From the NCBI GenBank assembly GCA_041742075.1, contig JBGSJJ010000003.1:1-40486 (forward strand): a stretch of DNA of 40,486 nt, written 5' to 3'. Below the pieces are notes generated by a model, which worked only from the letters and a program-made list of their open reading frames with translations, made no database searches and was not told the origin of the DNA. Origin of the DNA: Minisyncoccia bacterium (lineage in GTDB: Bacteria > Patescibacteriota > Minisyncoccia > Phycocordibacterales > UBA918). This document shows, piece after piece, positions 1 to 9,415 of this stretch (position 1 is its first letter; each line of letters begins with the position of its first letter). The position numbers were made by a program, and so were the translations under genes.

Positions 1-81
1 GACACTGAGGCCTTCATGTTTAAGCTTATTGATAATTTCGTCCTTAATTTCTTTTGCAATTCTAAATCCTTGCTTTGCCAT
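1..81 (-). CDS. IS3-family transposase OrfA, N-terminal fragment (partial)
   Basis: My translation from ATG at 81: MAKQGFRIAKEIKDEIINKLKHEGLSV..., resembling the helix-turn-helix start of IS3 OrfA. Not in the ORF track. Confidence 0.75.
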   Translation of the reverse strand, partial: MAKQGFRIAKEIKDEIINKLKHEGLSV

Positions 82-140
82 AGTTAGTTTCTAAATGATA
101 ATACTTTAGAAACTGTGTGCAAAGAAAGGGGTACCTTTCA
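1..140 (-). mobile_element. IS3-family insertion sequence, left end (left IR 103-140), truncated by the window edge
   Basis: Minus strand starts TGAAAGGTACCCCTTTCTTTGCACACAGTTTCTAAAGT, matching 30/38 nt of the terminus at 40347-40384. It has the 5'-TG end typical of IS3 and is followed by an orfA-like start. Confidence 0.85.
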
Positions 141-161
141 AAGGTCTCCGTGGGATTAAAA

Positions 162-229
162 GAGCCGGGGTCGAGAACACTTAGAAGATTTGGAACATAG
201 TGAACAAATATACTTAGTGATTCGTGACC
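162..229 (+). repeat. Structured repeat, copy 1 (3' domain only)
   Basis: GAGCCGGGGTCGAGAACACTTAG...CTTAGTGATTCGTGACC, similar to 263-381, 16702-16798 and 17604-17710. Confidence 0.85.
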
Positions 230-262
230 ACAGAGCAATTTCAGCTTCGTTCTCGTGTGATA

Positions 263-381
263 GACGGAGACATGTTGCTTCAGCAACAGTCGAGTCGGAG
301 TCGAGAGTACTTACTAGAATTGGAGCAAAGCGAACAATTATAGTTAGATGAAACTATCTAGGAGATAATTTCATCGTGACC
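263..381 (+). repeat. Structured repeat, copy 2 (with an extra inserted hairpin)
   Basis: GACGGAGACATGTTGCTTCAGCAACAGTCGAGTCGGAGTCGAGAGTACTT...CGTGACC, closely matching the reverse complement of 16702-16798. Confidence 0.85.
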
Positions 382-521
382 ACAAAGCAGAGTAGCTTCG
401 TACTATATATATACACTAGGTAATCAATACTAAATAATAAGAAACATAACAGCATAGCAAAATAACTTGACATATTGACAATAGTATGTCAATCTTTCCT
501 TAGATCAAATGGAGAACATTG

Positions 522-1160
522 ATGACCGACCATTCCTTGCCCTATCACTATAAGTCCCCTCTCCGACCGCAAGAAATTGCACGCTATGAGTTTGAGATTG
601 CGTGGGGAATTCCGCACGCATCACCTGAATCTTTCCAGCAAACAGCTGAGAATGTTAGGTATATCAATACCGGATTTGTCGCTGAGGTTGGAGAAGTTTA
701 CTATAGCTTTCCTACTCCTTTTAGTTGGAAAGACGAAGAAATTCAGCACATAGCAAGAAGTGTTCTTCTTCTCCTTCGATCAAAAAAAGTTTTGACGACT
801 TCAGAAATAGCACAGTTGTGCTGGCTTGAGAGAAGTCTTGAGGAATCTTTTTTTCAAGCGATGCAGGAAGGTGACGATACTCCATCAGACAGTTTCTATC
901 CATTGCATCGCGACCTGATAAACGAACAACAGCTAGCGCTACTCCAGCGTCGCCTCCAAATTCAAGTAAAGGTTTTGTTTGAAACTACTGACGAAGACTC
1001 AATGTCGAGCGTGAACATTCCAGAAGAAATAATTCTTATGGCAGAACAGGCTAGAGAACATTTTGATGAGATAATCATTGAAAGCGACTCAGATACCGTT
1101 CAAAAATTGAATGTCCTGATCCGAGAACGAATGCAGAACTACCTCACTCAGATCATATAG
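522..1160 (+). CDS. Hypothetical protein
   Basis: 212-aa ORF, GGAGA upstream, terminator downstream, no recognised motif. Confidence 0.7.
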   Translation: MTDHSLPYHYKSPLRPQEIARYEFEIAWGIPHASPESFQQTAENVRYINTGFVAEVGEVYYSFPTPFSWKDEEIQHIARSVLLLLRSKKVLTTSEIAQLCWLERSLEESFFQAMQEGDDTPSDSFYPLHRDLINEQQLALLQRRLQIQVKVLFETTDEDSMSSVNIPEEIILMAEQAREHFDEIIIESDSDTVQKLNVLIRERMQNYLTQII

Positions 1161-1174
1161 CGCACTACAACTCA

Positions 1175-1212
1175 CCCTGAAAGTCACACTGACTTTCAGG
1201 GTAACTTTTTTA
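1175..1212 (+). terminator. Rho-independent terminator
   Basis: ACCCTGAAAGTCA-CAC-TGACTTTCAGGGT followed by a T-tract. Confidence 0.8.
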
Positions 1213-1303
1213 TCCGCCTGACTACCCTAGACACAACCCCACAACCCCCTCATGTTATACTTTTTATACTAAAAGTATTAGTCAATAACGCTCTTTCAAA
1301 CGT

Positions 1304-2923
1304 ATGTTTTGTCATAACTGTGGGGCCAAGTGTGAACCAGAGATGAAGTTTTGTAAGGAGTGTGGCGCACAACTCATCGCTTCCACAACTCCTCCTTCCC
1401 TTCCAAGTGAGCCAGCAGAGGCAGCCTCGCGCGCGCAACGCTTTCTCCATCTTATTGTGGATACGTTTGGAATGTACCTCTTCGCAATTTTTGTAGGGGG
1501 TCTGGTAGTAGTCATATTCAGAAACGAAACGGTGGGTATTGCCGTTGGTTGGCTAGCTTTCTTTTTATACTACTTTCTGTTTGAGAGTCTGTTCCAAACT
1601 AGCTTAGCTAAAAAGCTTACCAGTACAGTGGTCGTGAGTGTAGATGGTAGTAAACCGAGTGTCGGTCAAATATTTATTCGCTCGATTGCGAGATATATAC
1701 CTTTTGAACCCTTGTCGTTTTTGTTCTATGGGGTCCACCCCACTAAGGGTTGGCATGACAGACTATCAGGTACGTTGGTAGTTTCAAACAAACTCACTGC
1801 AGAACAAATCAAAACTATCGCCCCAAACCAACGTTCAAACAATCTACTTGTAATAATATTTGCTGTTGTTATATGTATGATTATTATGTTTGGCTTAGCG
1901 TCTTCTGTTATCTTATCTTCGCTTGCGGATAGTAGAGACAAAGGCTTAGATGCTGCCATGAAGTCCAGTGTAAACAACTTAAGAGCTCAAGCCGAACTGT
2001 ATTACTATGATGCTGAGAAAAACAGCTACGCTGGATTTTGTGAAAGCGAAACTTTTTACAATTTTACTGGTAAATTCGACTCCTCAATCGATTGTAATGA
2101 CTCTGCTAATACGTATGTCTTTAACGCAGAGCTTAGTAATGGAAGTTACTACTGTGCCGACAACACCGGGTATGCAGGCCCCGTAGTCCAGTATATAGAC
2201 GTTACAAAAGAAAGCTGTACTGGTGCAAAGACGGAAAGTCTACCCATTGCTATAGAGCTGGAGAACAGGAAAAATGCTGGTACCGACGCCATGCGCAAAT
2301 CGAGCACTAACTTCTTACGAGTAGATGCTGAACTTTATTATGAATCAAACAGTAGTAGCTATGATGGGTTTTGCGAGAGCACTGCCGTATATCAAACTAT
2401 CAATGACGACAACATAGCTATCGACTGCAATGACACAACTCAAGAATATGCCCTGAGCACACGCCTCACTGACGGAACGTACTATTGCATAGACAGCGAT
2501 GGCAACACTGGTACATATAAAGAAAGTCTCAAAGGTACTACACTCTGTTTAAATAATAGATCAGCAAATGAAACAAAAGTAGAACGTACCCTCAAATATG
2601 TAGCGCCTACAGAAGAGGAAGTTGACCGGGGTATCGTAGATGGTGTACAAGCAGTGGTTTTACTAGGTGATAACTACTACGCGATGACCAAAGACGGCTA
2701 CGGGGGATTCTGTGCAACAAAGAGCTACCTTGACTACCAGGAGCGATTTTTACCGAATCAACTTCGTTGTATTGCCAATGATTTTAGTTTTGCTATTACT
2801 GCTTTTCTTTACAATGGTAACCACTACTGCTTAGATAGTAATGGCTATGCCAGGATTTCAAGAGACTATATTGATATCAGTTCTGGAAGTTGTGCGAACA
2901 CACCACCTGCAAGTACACAATAG
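1304..2923 (+). CDS. Zinc-ribbon + RDD-family membrane protein with three tandem pilin-like Cys-rich domains
   Basis: N-terminal CxxC-x10-CxxC; RDD motifs (RFLHLIVD, RSIARYIP, HDRLSGTLVV); then a TM helix and repeats of LRAxAELYY...YxGFC...CND...YYCxDxxG. Confidence 0.8.
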   Translation: MFCHNCGAKCEPEMKFCKECGAQLIASTTPPSLPSEPAEAASRAQRFLHLIVDTFGMYLFAIFVGGLVVVIFRNETVGIAVGWLAFFLYYFLFESLFQTSLAKKLTSTVVVSVDGSKPSVGQIFIRSIARYIPFEPLSFLFYGVHPTKGWHDRLSGTLVVSNKLTAEQIKTIAPNQRSNNLLVIIFAVVICMIIMFGLASSVILSSLADSRDKGLDAAMKSSVNNLRAQAELYYYDAEKNSYAGFCESETFYNFTGKFDSSIDCNDSANTYVFNAELSNGSYYCADNTGYAGPVVQYIDVTKESCTGAKTESLPIAIELENRKNAGTDAMRKSSTNFLRVDAELYYESNSSSYDGFCESTAVYQTINDDNIAIDCNDTTQEYALSTRLTDGTYYCIDSDGNTGTYKESLKGTTLCLNNRSANETKVERTLKYVAPTEEEVDRGIVDGVQAVVLLGDNYYAMTKDGYGGFCATKSYLDYQERFLPNQLRCIANDFSFAITAFLYNGNHYCLDSNGYARISRDYIDISSGSCANTPPASTQ

Positions 2924-2965
2924 CGGGGTTATAATTTATAGATAGTTATTGATAATAAACAATGT

Positions 2966-3586
2966 ATGTATTGCCGAGTTTGCAAAAAAAGTGTTACCGA
3001 AGCTGAGAAGTTTTGTACCGGGTGTGGAAACAATCTCCAGGTACCGGGCGAGGTACTCGAAACCTTAGCGGTCGTAGAACCAGCAACAGTTACTCCTAAT
3101 ACCACTAGTATGGACACACAAAACCAAAATAATGAAGAAGCAGTTACTATCGAAAAAAGCTTGCTGATGCTTTTATTTGCTCTCACTGTTATTCTTTTCT
3201 GTACCTGGGGCTACCAGAGTGTTCGTTTCTTACTGGCCTCAATGTTTGGCGTAGAAACTCCGTATTCGGTGATTGATGGCGTGGTGGGTCTTATCGGCAT
3301 GATTGGTAGCGGTCTCGTCTTTGCCGGTGCTGCACTCTGGTGGAAAGAAAACATCTCAGCTCTTCCTTTTTTAACCTACGGTGCTATTTTGTTTGGTATT
3401 AAGAATATCTTCGATATTTGTAACGAGATTATCATCTTTGCCAACATGAACTCAGTCATCACCCTTGACATGATTGACGAGCTTGCCCTCGATATCGGTA
3501 ACCAACTCTTCCAACTCGCATTCTGGGTGTTTGTTTACTACTACTTCAAGTCAAAGGTGAATTCGAAAATGTCGAACTTAAACTAA
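2966..3586 (+). CDS. Zinc-ribbon-containing membrane protein
   Basis: MYCRVC...FCTGCG followed by about four hydrophobic helices. Confidence 0.75.
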   Translation: MYCRVCKKSVTEAEKFCTGCGNNLQVPGEVLETLAVVEPATVTPNTTSMDTQNQNNEEAVTIEKSLLMLLFALTVILFCTWGYQSVRFLLASMFGVETPYSVIDGVVGLIGMIGSGLVFAGAALWWKENISALPFLTYGAILFGIKNIFDICNEIIIFANMNSVITLDMIDELALDIGNQLFQLAFWVFVYYYFKSKVNSKMSNLN

Positions 3587-3596
3587 AGAAATATAA

Positions 3597-3629
3597 TAAA
3601 AGAGGCCCGCCAATGGCGGGCCTCTTTTA
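3597..3629. terminator. Bidirectional terminator between convergent genes
   Basis: TAAAAGAGGCCCGCCA-A-TGGCGGGCCTCTTTTA. Confidence 0.85.
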
Positions 3630-3650
3630 CTTTTGAAATCACACCCTTGT

Positions 3651-4118
3651 TTACTTCATTAATTCTTTTACATCAGACAGTAGCTGAAGCGCATGGCTAG
3701 CAGGATCTACTTTCGGGTAAACCGCTGAAATGGTTCCGTCTGGATTTATGAGGTACGAAACCCGCAGTATGCCTAAGTACGTCTTGCCAAAGAGAGACTT
3801 CTCACCAAACGCACCGTAGACTTCAATCATAGTCCCGTCTGGGTCAGACAGAAGCGTAAACGGAAGCTTGTACTTTTCGGCAAACTTTTTGTGCGACTTT
3901 ACACTATCTTTACTCACGCCCACCACTGACACCCCAAGTTTCGAAAACTCATCATAGACTTCAGCAAGTGTACAGGCTTCTTTGGTGCAGCCCGGAGTGT
4001 CGTCCTTTGGATAGAAGTATATAATGGTCCACTTTCCAGCCTGTATTGCATTGGTTTGCTCTTGCCCGTCTTGATCAAGCAAAGAAAAAGCTGGAGCACT
4101 CGTACCGACGGCGAGCAT
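3651..4118 (-). CDS. bcp: Peroxiredoxin, BCP/PrxQ family
   Basis: YFYPKDDTPGCTKEAC motif, GVSKD, FPFTLLSD-like segment. Confidence 0.92.
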   Translation of the reverse strand: MLAVGTSAPAFSLLDQDGQEQTNAIQAGKWTIIYFYPKDDTPGCTKEACTLAEVYDEFSKLGVSVVGVSKDSVKSHKKFAEKYKLPFTLLSDPDGTMIEVYGAFGEKSLFGKTYLGILRVSYLINPDGTISAVYPKVDPASHALQLLSDVKELMK

Positions 4119-4120
4119 AC

Positions 4121-4474
4121 CTAGGCTTGAAACTCTTCGCGAACAATCTTTCCCTCTTTTACGCTATAGACCGCTAGTTCATGCATCTTTTCTCGACCGC
4201 GTGACTTGTAAGTAATGTCCATACCAAAGACAATCGCGAAACTCTCGTCAGCTACCACAGGCTCACTCACGGTTACCTCGTGTATTTCCACAACATCGGC
4301 TTCCCAATCCACCGCCTTTTTATTGATAGCGGTCATACCGACATACTCGGTAGCCTGACCACCCCAATTCTCTACACTGACAGTCGCGTCAGTGTAAAAC
4401 TCCGCGTACACTTGAGCATGATTATTTTCTCGGTTAAGAGCTACAATACGGTCGGCGATTTCTTTGGTAGTCAT
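4121..4474 (-). CDS. SnoaL-like / NTF2-family protein
   Basis: Start refined to MTTKEIA. Motifs YTDATVSVE and MHELAVYSVKEGKIVREEF. Confidence 0.8.
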   Translation of the reverse strand: MTTKEIADRIVALNRENNHAQVYAEFYTDATVSVENWGGQATEYVGMTAINKKAVDWEADVVEIHEVTVSEPVVADESFAIVFGMDITYKSRGREKMHELAVYSVKEGKIVREEFQA

Positions 4475-4572
4475 AGATACTAGTTTTAACAAATAATGTC
4501 GACAGTATAGCACCCGAAATTACTCTAGGGAAAAGCTCGTCTCCTTAAAGACTTCTGCTATACTATTTTTGT

Positions 4573-5328
4573 ATGAAAATTGTAACTGTGAACATGGAGG
4601 GAAGAAAAAATCTTACTCGAATTGAATCATTTTTGAAGAACGAAAACCCTGACACAATTTGCTTGCAGGAAGCTCCCGAATTCTTCTCTCTCTGGCTCGA
4701 AAAAGCCGGTTACAAAACTGCTTTTGCCCCAATAGTGATTCGCAACGATCAGGGCGAACCCTTTTTTCCTGAGGGAGTTATGTTTGCCAGCCGGTTTCCC
4801 TTTACTCACAAAACTGAGTACTACCATCGACCCCAAGCCGAGATTGTCCCTCATGACCGCGCCGATAGAGACGGGACGATAGCTGCAGCAGTTATTATCG
4901 CTACTGTTACTCACCCTGATGAGGGCGAATATGTATTGGGTACCACCCACGTCATGGTAACAGAACGAGGAGTCACCAACGACCATCAGCGAGCTGGTGT
5001 CGGGAGGTTGCTCGCCATCCTCGAACAGGAAAAACCGCACGTACTTTGTGGGGACTTCAATATGCCACGTGGCGTTAATGAACTCTATGAAGACTTTATT
5101 AAAAAGTATACGGACTGCATTCCGGCGCAATACACGAGTAGTCTCGACCGTTCGATTCATAGACTTGGCAAAGACCCTGCTCTTGCTTCCCCGATGTTTG
5201 AAAGTTATATGGTTGATTATATTTTCACCCAATCCCCGTACGTTGCAGAGAACGTCCGTTTACAATTTGGTGTTTCTGACCACGCTGCTGTAGTTGGCGA
5301 CATAGACATTGTTGACAGAAAAGGATAA
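4573..5328 (+). CDS. Endonuclease/exonuclease/phosphatase (EEP) family protein
   Basis: MKIVTVN, DTICLQE, LCGDFN, VDYIF and SDH motifs. Confidence 0.9.
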   Translation: MKIVTVNMEGRKNLTRIESFLKNENPDTICLQEAPEFFSLWLEKAGYKTAFAPIVIRNDQGEPFFPEGVMFASRFPFTHKTEYYHRPQAEIVPHDRADRDGTIAAAVIIATVTHPDEGEYVLGTTHVMVTERGVTNDHQRAGVGRLLAILEQEKPHVLCGDFNMPRGVNELYEDFIKKYTDCIPAQYTSSLDRSIHRLGKDPALASPMFESYMVDYIFTQSPYVAENVRLQFGVSDHAAVVGDIDIVDRKG

Positions 5329-5370
5329 AGATGTACTCTTTGCCCAGAAACTGAATCTTCATGGAAGGAA

Positions 5371-5721
5371 ATGGCAATGTCTTCAGCAAATTCTACATCT
5401 CAGCTCTTTGGACAGTACGTTGCCAAGAGTCTTATCAGTATTCTTGAAGTCGGAGAGTATGTGTACTCCACTCATTATGCAGGTGGATGGATTGGCGTAT
5501 ACACACAAGATAATGGCAGAATTAGAAACGAGAAATACTTTAGAGTGTCGTATGTTGACTGTTGTGGCGAAAAAATGACCGAAAACTACGTGACACTTCC
5601 CAAATGGGGCTTCATATGGATACATCGTGATGATGTTGAAAATGAAAAGCAGAGACGTCGTGACAAACTTCATCAAACTGTTCAAAGGATTTTTAGAGCG
5701 AGTCGGGGTTTCAAAGTCTAG
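5371..5721 (+). CDS. Hypothetical protein
   Basis: 116-aa ORF with GGAAGGA upstream and a hairpin/T-tract at ~5744-5771. Confidence 0.55.
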   Translation: MAMSSANSTSQLFGQYVAKSLISILEVGEYVYSTHYAGGWIGVYTQDNGRIRNEKYFRVSYVDCCGEKMTENYVTLPKWGFIWIHRDDVENEKQRRRDKLHQTVQRIFRASRGFKV

Positions 5722-5827
5722 TTAGAAGACATCGATATACCTGAGGCCGCCTTACCTGGCGGTCTTTTTTTATTAATAAGACTAATCAACTAAATCGACT
5801 TGTAGAAAGTAGACTACGTAAATGCTC

Positions 5828-7642
5828 TTACTCAACCGTCACTGATTTGGCTAAGTTGCGTGGTCGGTCGACATTGAGCCCTTTTGCTACCCCGACGTAG
5901 TACGCAAACAGCTGGAGCGGTACAGTCGACACGATTGGCTGAAGCATCGGGTGTACCTTTGGCATATAGATAACATCGTTGGCTATCGCTCTCATGTTCA
6001 CATCACCATCAGTCGCGAGCACAATCACTGGTGCGAGTCGTGCCCGCACCTCTTCAATATTTGAGACCATTTTTTCGTAGACTTCGTCTTTCGGCGCAAT
6101 GGCAAACACAGGGAAATTTTTATCAAGCATTGCAATCGGACCGTGTTTGAGTTCTCCCCCTGCGTACGCTTCCGCATGTACATATGCCACTTCTTTTAGC
6201 TTAAGTGCCCCCTCATACGCAATTGGCGCATGATACTTTCGCCCAATATACATCATGTCACGATAGTCAGCGTACTTTCGAGCCACTGCTTCTATTTCAG
6301 GCGCTCGCTTCAGCATCTCTGCAAGAACCTGCGGTAGCTGTTGTAGTTGTTCGGCAATAAGTTTTCCTTCTTCTTGAGACATTCCTCGCTCACGCCCAAT
6401 GAGGAGTGTGATAAGTGCCATCACCGTGAGTTGAGAAATAAACGCCTTCGTTGAAGCAACTGCCACTTCAGGACCGGCATGGTTATAGACACCAGCGTCG
6501 GTCTCACGGGCAATCGCTGAACCGACTACGTTTACGACACTCAGCGTAAGCAATTTCATTTCTTTCGCTTTCTTCAGTGAGGCTCTTGTGTCGGCTGTTT
6601 CACCAGACTGACTCACCGCAAGCACGGCTCCCTTCTTTTCCGGGTAGACTTTTTTGTAGCGATACTCACTGCCGAGATCAACTTCTACCGGCAAATTGGC
6701 ATACTCTTCGAGCATATAGCGCCCAACAGAACCAGCATAATAGGCAGAGCCACAACCAATAATCTGCAATCGATTAAGTGCCATTAGTTGTGGCAAGACC
6801 GGTTCTAGACCCCCCAATTTTGCCCGACCCTTTTCCGGGATAAGTCGACCACGTATCGTGTTTTCAATTACAGACTTCGCTTCGAAAATTTCCTTCAGCA
6901 TGAAGTCGTCATAGCCATTTTTTTGAACTGACTCGACGTCCCACTCTACCTTTTCGGCCAAGCGCTGTTTCTTTACACCGGCTAGTGTCTGCACCTCATA
7001 TGAGTCTTTCGTCACGAGTGCTATCTCACCATCATCAAGGTAGACCACATCTTTGGTGTGTATTAAAAGAGCTGATGGGTCAGACGAAACAAAGTTTCCA
7101 TCAACACCAAGGCCTAGTACAATCGGACTCCCCATTCGGGCGACTAAAATTTCTCCAGGCTTTTTTTCACTCATCACCGCCAGGCCATAGGTACCCCGAA
7201 CGGCACTGAGCGCCTGCGCCACTGCTTCACGTAGGTCACCACGATAAAACGAGCCTATAAGTTTTGTCAGCACCTCGGTATCAGTATCAGAATAAAACTG
7301 AATACCTTGCACTGAAAGACCCTCTTTCAGTTCACGGTAGTTTTCAATAATCCCATTGTGTACCAACCAGATTGTCTCACTCATGTCTTTGTGCGGATGC
7401 GCATTAAGTTCAGTCGGTGCACCATGGGTGGCCCACCTAGTGTGGGCAATACCACTGGTTCCTGGAATAGTGTCGGTAATTTTGCTCGCGAGATTATCGA
7501 TAGGACCAACTGACTTTACCACCCCAAACCCGGGCACGTAGATACCGGCTGAATCATAGCCACGGTACTCAAGTGTGCGCAAACCCTCAATCAAAATTGG
7601 CTCTGCTGTGTGCGTCCCAACGTATCCAAATATTCCACACAT
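5828..7642 (-). CDS. glmS: Glutamine--fructose-6-phosphate aminotransferase
   Basis: Starts MCGIFG (catalytic Cys1); LEYRGYDSAG, HTRWATHG, SQSGETADT, PRNLAKSVTVE. Confidence 0.98.
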   Translation of the reverse strand: MCGIFGYVGTHTAEPILIEGLRTLEYRGYDSAGIYVPGFGVVKSVGPIDNLASKITDTIPGTSGIAHTRWATHGAPTELNAHPHKDMSETIWLVHNGIIENYRELKEGLSVQGIQFYSDTDTEVLTKLIGSFYRGDLREAVAQALSAVRGTYGLAVMSEKKPGEILVARMGSPIVLGLGVDGNFVSSDPSALLIHTKDVVYLDDGEIALVTKDSYEVQTLAGVKKQRLAEKVEWDVESVQKNGYDDFMLKEIFEAKSVIENTIRGRLIPEKGRAKLGGLEPVLPQLMALNRLQIIGCGSAYYAGSVGRYMLEEYANLPVEVDLGSEYRYKKVYPEKKGAVLAVSQSGETADTRASLKKAKEMKLLTLSVVNVVGSAIARETDAGVYNHAGPEVAVASTKAFISQLTVMALITLLIGRERGMSQEEGKLIAEQLQQLPQVLAEMLKRAPEIEAVARKYADYRDMMYIGRKYHAPIAYEGALKLKEVAYVHAEAYAGGELKHGPIAMLDKNFPVFAIAPKDEVYEKMVSNIEEVRARLAPVIVLATDGDVNMRAIANDVIYMPKVHPMLQPIVSTVPLQLFAYYVGVAKGLNVDRPRNLAKSVTVE

Positions 7643-7705
7643 ATAATCCAAGCTAGCTTATATGCTTTATAGTACTACATGTACTGCTAGATAGTTTCAA
7701 ACACA

Positions 7706-8272
7706 CTACACCGCACGGATGTCGGCTTCAGAAATAGCGCCAGCACGATGGATAGTGACCTCGTCACCCACTACCCGTACTACTGTCGAAGCCATTCCGC
7801 TTCGTGGACCGTCATCAATAGAGCGATCAATCGCTATAGTTTCGCGACCCGCAAGAGTAAATTGTTTGAGAATTTCTTCAGGCGTCGGCAGTGTTGGCAT
7901 ATCACTCACGTTGGCACTCGTGCACGTCAATGGAGAATTATGCTCTTCCATAAACTCGGCAATGAGCTTTTGTGCCTGCGGGTCAGGCGAGATACGAAAG
8001 CTCAGCGTCCCATCGTGATAGACCGGCCCTCGTGGTACTCCCGCCCAAGCAGGCACTACCAGAGTCAGCGACCCCGGAAGGAAAGCTTCGGCGATTCGCC
8101 TGGCTCTTGATGAAAGTTCTCCGTACTGCTCGATATCAGCAATGCTACGAACCAGAAGCGACACAGGCTTCCCCTCATCTCTCCCCTTGAAGGCATACAG
8201 CTTTCTTAGTTCTGCTTCATCAAAGGCGTTAACACCGAGCGCGTAGATTGTTTCTGTTGGGTAGAGAATCAT
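7706..8272 (-). CDS. tsaC: Threonylcarbamoyl-AMP synthase (YrdC/TsaC family)
   Basis: YPTETIYAL, KGR...KP, TSANVS, ASTVV motifs. Single YrdC domain. Confidence 0.9.
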   Translation of the reverse strand: MILYPTETIYALGVNAFDEAELRKLYAFKGRDEGKPVSLLVRSIADIEQYGELSSRARRIAEAFLPGSLTLVVPAWAGVPRGPVYHDGTLSFRISPDPQAQKLIAEFMEEHNSPLTCTSANVSDMPTLPTPEEILKQFTLAGRETIAIDRSIDDGPRSGMASTVVRVVGDEVTIHRAGAISEADIRAV

Positions 8273-8297
8273 ACTAAAAAGTATATAATATAAGACT

Positions 8298-9131
8298 ATG
8301 CGTTACGAATCATACTCTCCAAACGAACGTGGTCTTATTAGTCCTCAACTCCTTAAAACTGCTGAAGAAAATGCTGAGGCACTAAGAAAACAGTACTCTA
8401 TTAACCTTGCGCCTTTTATGGATGAACAAGTGTACGGGAAAGAAGCGGTCATGAATGACTTAAAAAAGGTACTCTCCTTAGAAGAAAAATTTGCAGCTAA
8501 CACCTCGAAAAGTGATCTTGAGGCAAAAAGGCTATCTAGTATATTTGAAATGTACTTTGTAGACGCCGCAAATACCCAAAAATGGTTTGGTGATAAAACC
8601 AACATCATGCGCACAACTCGATTCGATGACTATATAAATGGTGTAGACGCTATTGCAGAGTTTCAGGATGACAGTGATAAATTTGGGCATCTAGCCATGA
8701 GTACCGACCTGACATTTGGACATGATGCCAGTCTTGGTAAAATCGAAGAGATTTTGCGCTCAATCGACGGCGGTGAAATGGCGCGACTCCGTTACTTTCA
8801 TTCAGACGCTATGGGCTATACAGGCCAACTTCGTGACATTCCAAAAACAATCCTTGGCATGGATAGAGAAAATTTACCTGAATTTGTTCGACTGTGGACA
8901 CATCAAAAGGATTCTCCAGAAATTAAAACTTATCGAGACTTAATGCTTACACAACTACATGACCAGCTAGGATTCTTCACTTCATATGCTGACAAACGAC
9001 ATGGAGAAAGTGTTATTAGATCAAAGTATGCTCGTGCTCATACTATTGTGGGGGAATTCTGGAAAAGTCAGAAAATTGAAAGACGAAACCTGCCAAAAGA
9101 CACTATTACTGAGCATCTGAGAAATATGTAG
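8298..9131 (+). CDS. Hypothetical protein
   Basis: 277-aa ORF with TATAAT just upstream. Contains FDDYINGVDAIAEF...DLT acidic motif. Confidence 0.75.
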   Translation: MRYESYSPNERGLISPQLLKTAEENAEALRKQYSINLAPFMDEQVYGKEAVMNDLKKVLSLEEKFAANTSKSDLEAKRLSSIFEMYFVDAANTQKWFGDKTNIMRTTRFDDYINGVDAIAEFQDDSDKFGHLAMSTDLTFGHDASLGKIEEILRSIDGGEMARLRYFHSDAMGYTGQLRDIPKTILGMDRENLPEFVRLWTHQKDSPEIKTYRDLMLTQLHDQLGFFTSYADKRHGESVIRSKYARAHTIVGEFWKSQKIERRNLPKDTITEHLRNM

Positions 9132-9239
9132 CTTAAGCAGTTGGCTTTTTATTTTTAATACAAAATGCTACTATGCTACCACTTTTACCAGTGTAGTAGG
9201 AACTGCTCTAAGCATGTTTATCTGGTTAAATAGTACTAT

Positions 9240-9313
9240 GCGCGCATAGCTCAGCTGGTTAGAGCGTTCGCATGACATGCGAAAGGCCCCAGGTTCAAAT
9301 CCTGGTGCGCGTA
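9240..9313 (+). tRNA. tRNA-Val(GAC)
   Basis: Acceptor GCGCGCA/TGCGCGT, anticodon arm TTCGC-ATGACAT-GCGAA, T-loop GGTTCAAATCC. CCA not encoded. Confidence 0.95.
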
Positions 9314-9353
9314 CAATATAGCCGTTTATTTCATATAATGTATCGCTAATTAG

Positions 9354-9410
9354 TTATCCACAGTTATCCCTACCCACTGTTGTTGACGCATTTCTCTCAG
9401 GTGCTACTAT
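9354..9410 (+). promoter_or_regulatory. DnaA box(es) and a sigma70-type promoter
   Basis: TTATCCACA at 9354-9362, near-match TTATCCCTA at 9364-9372, TTGACG at 9383-9388, 16-nt spacer, TG-c-TACTAT at 9402-9410. Confidence 0.6.
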
Positions 9411-9415
9411 AGTGA

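Noticed and set aside
62-286. Paralogous MLKQHV ORFs (62-286 and 16775-16969)
   Set aside because: The shared start comes from the non-coding repeat. The ORFs run into IS and tRNA sequence.
162-401. CRISPR array
   Set aside because: Only two degenerate units about 130 bp apart, no identical repeats with unique spacers, and no cas genes.
467-492. Palindrome TTGACATA-N10-TATGTCAA as an operator
   Set aside because: Single occurrence with no linked regulator. It may simply be promoter sequence.
7643-7705. glmS ribozyme
   Set aside because: The gap is about 60 nt and AT-rich, with no ribozyme core.
9354-9372. Replication origin
   Set aside because: Only one perfect and one imperfect DnaA box, and no dnaA or dnaN nearby.
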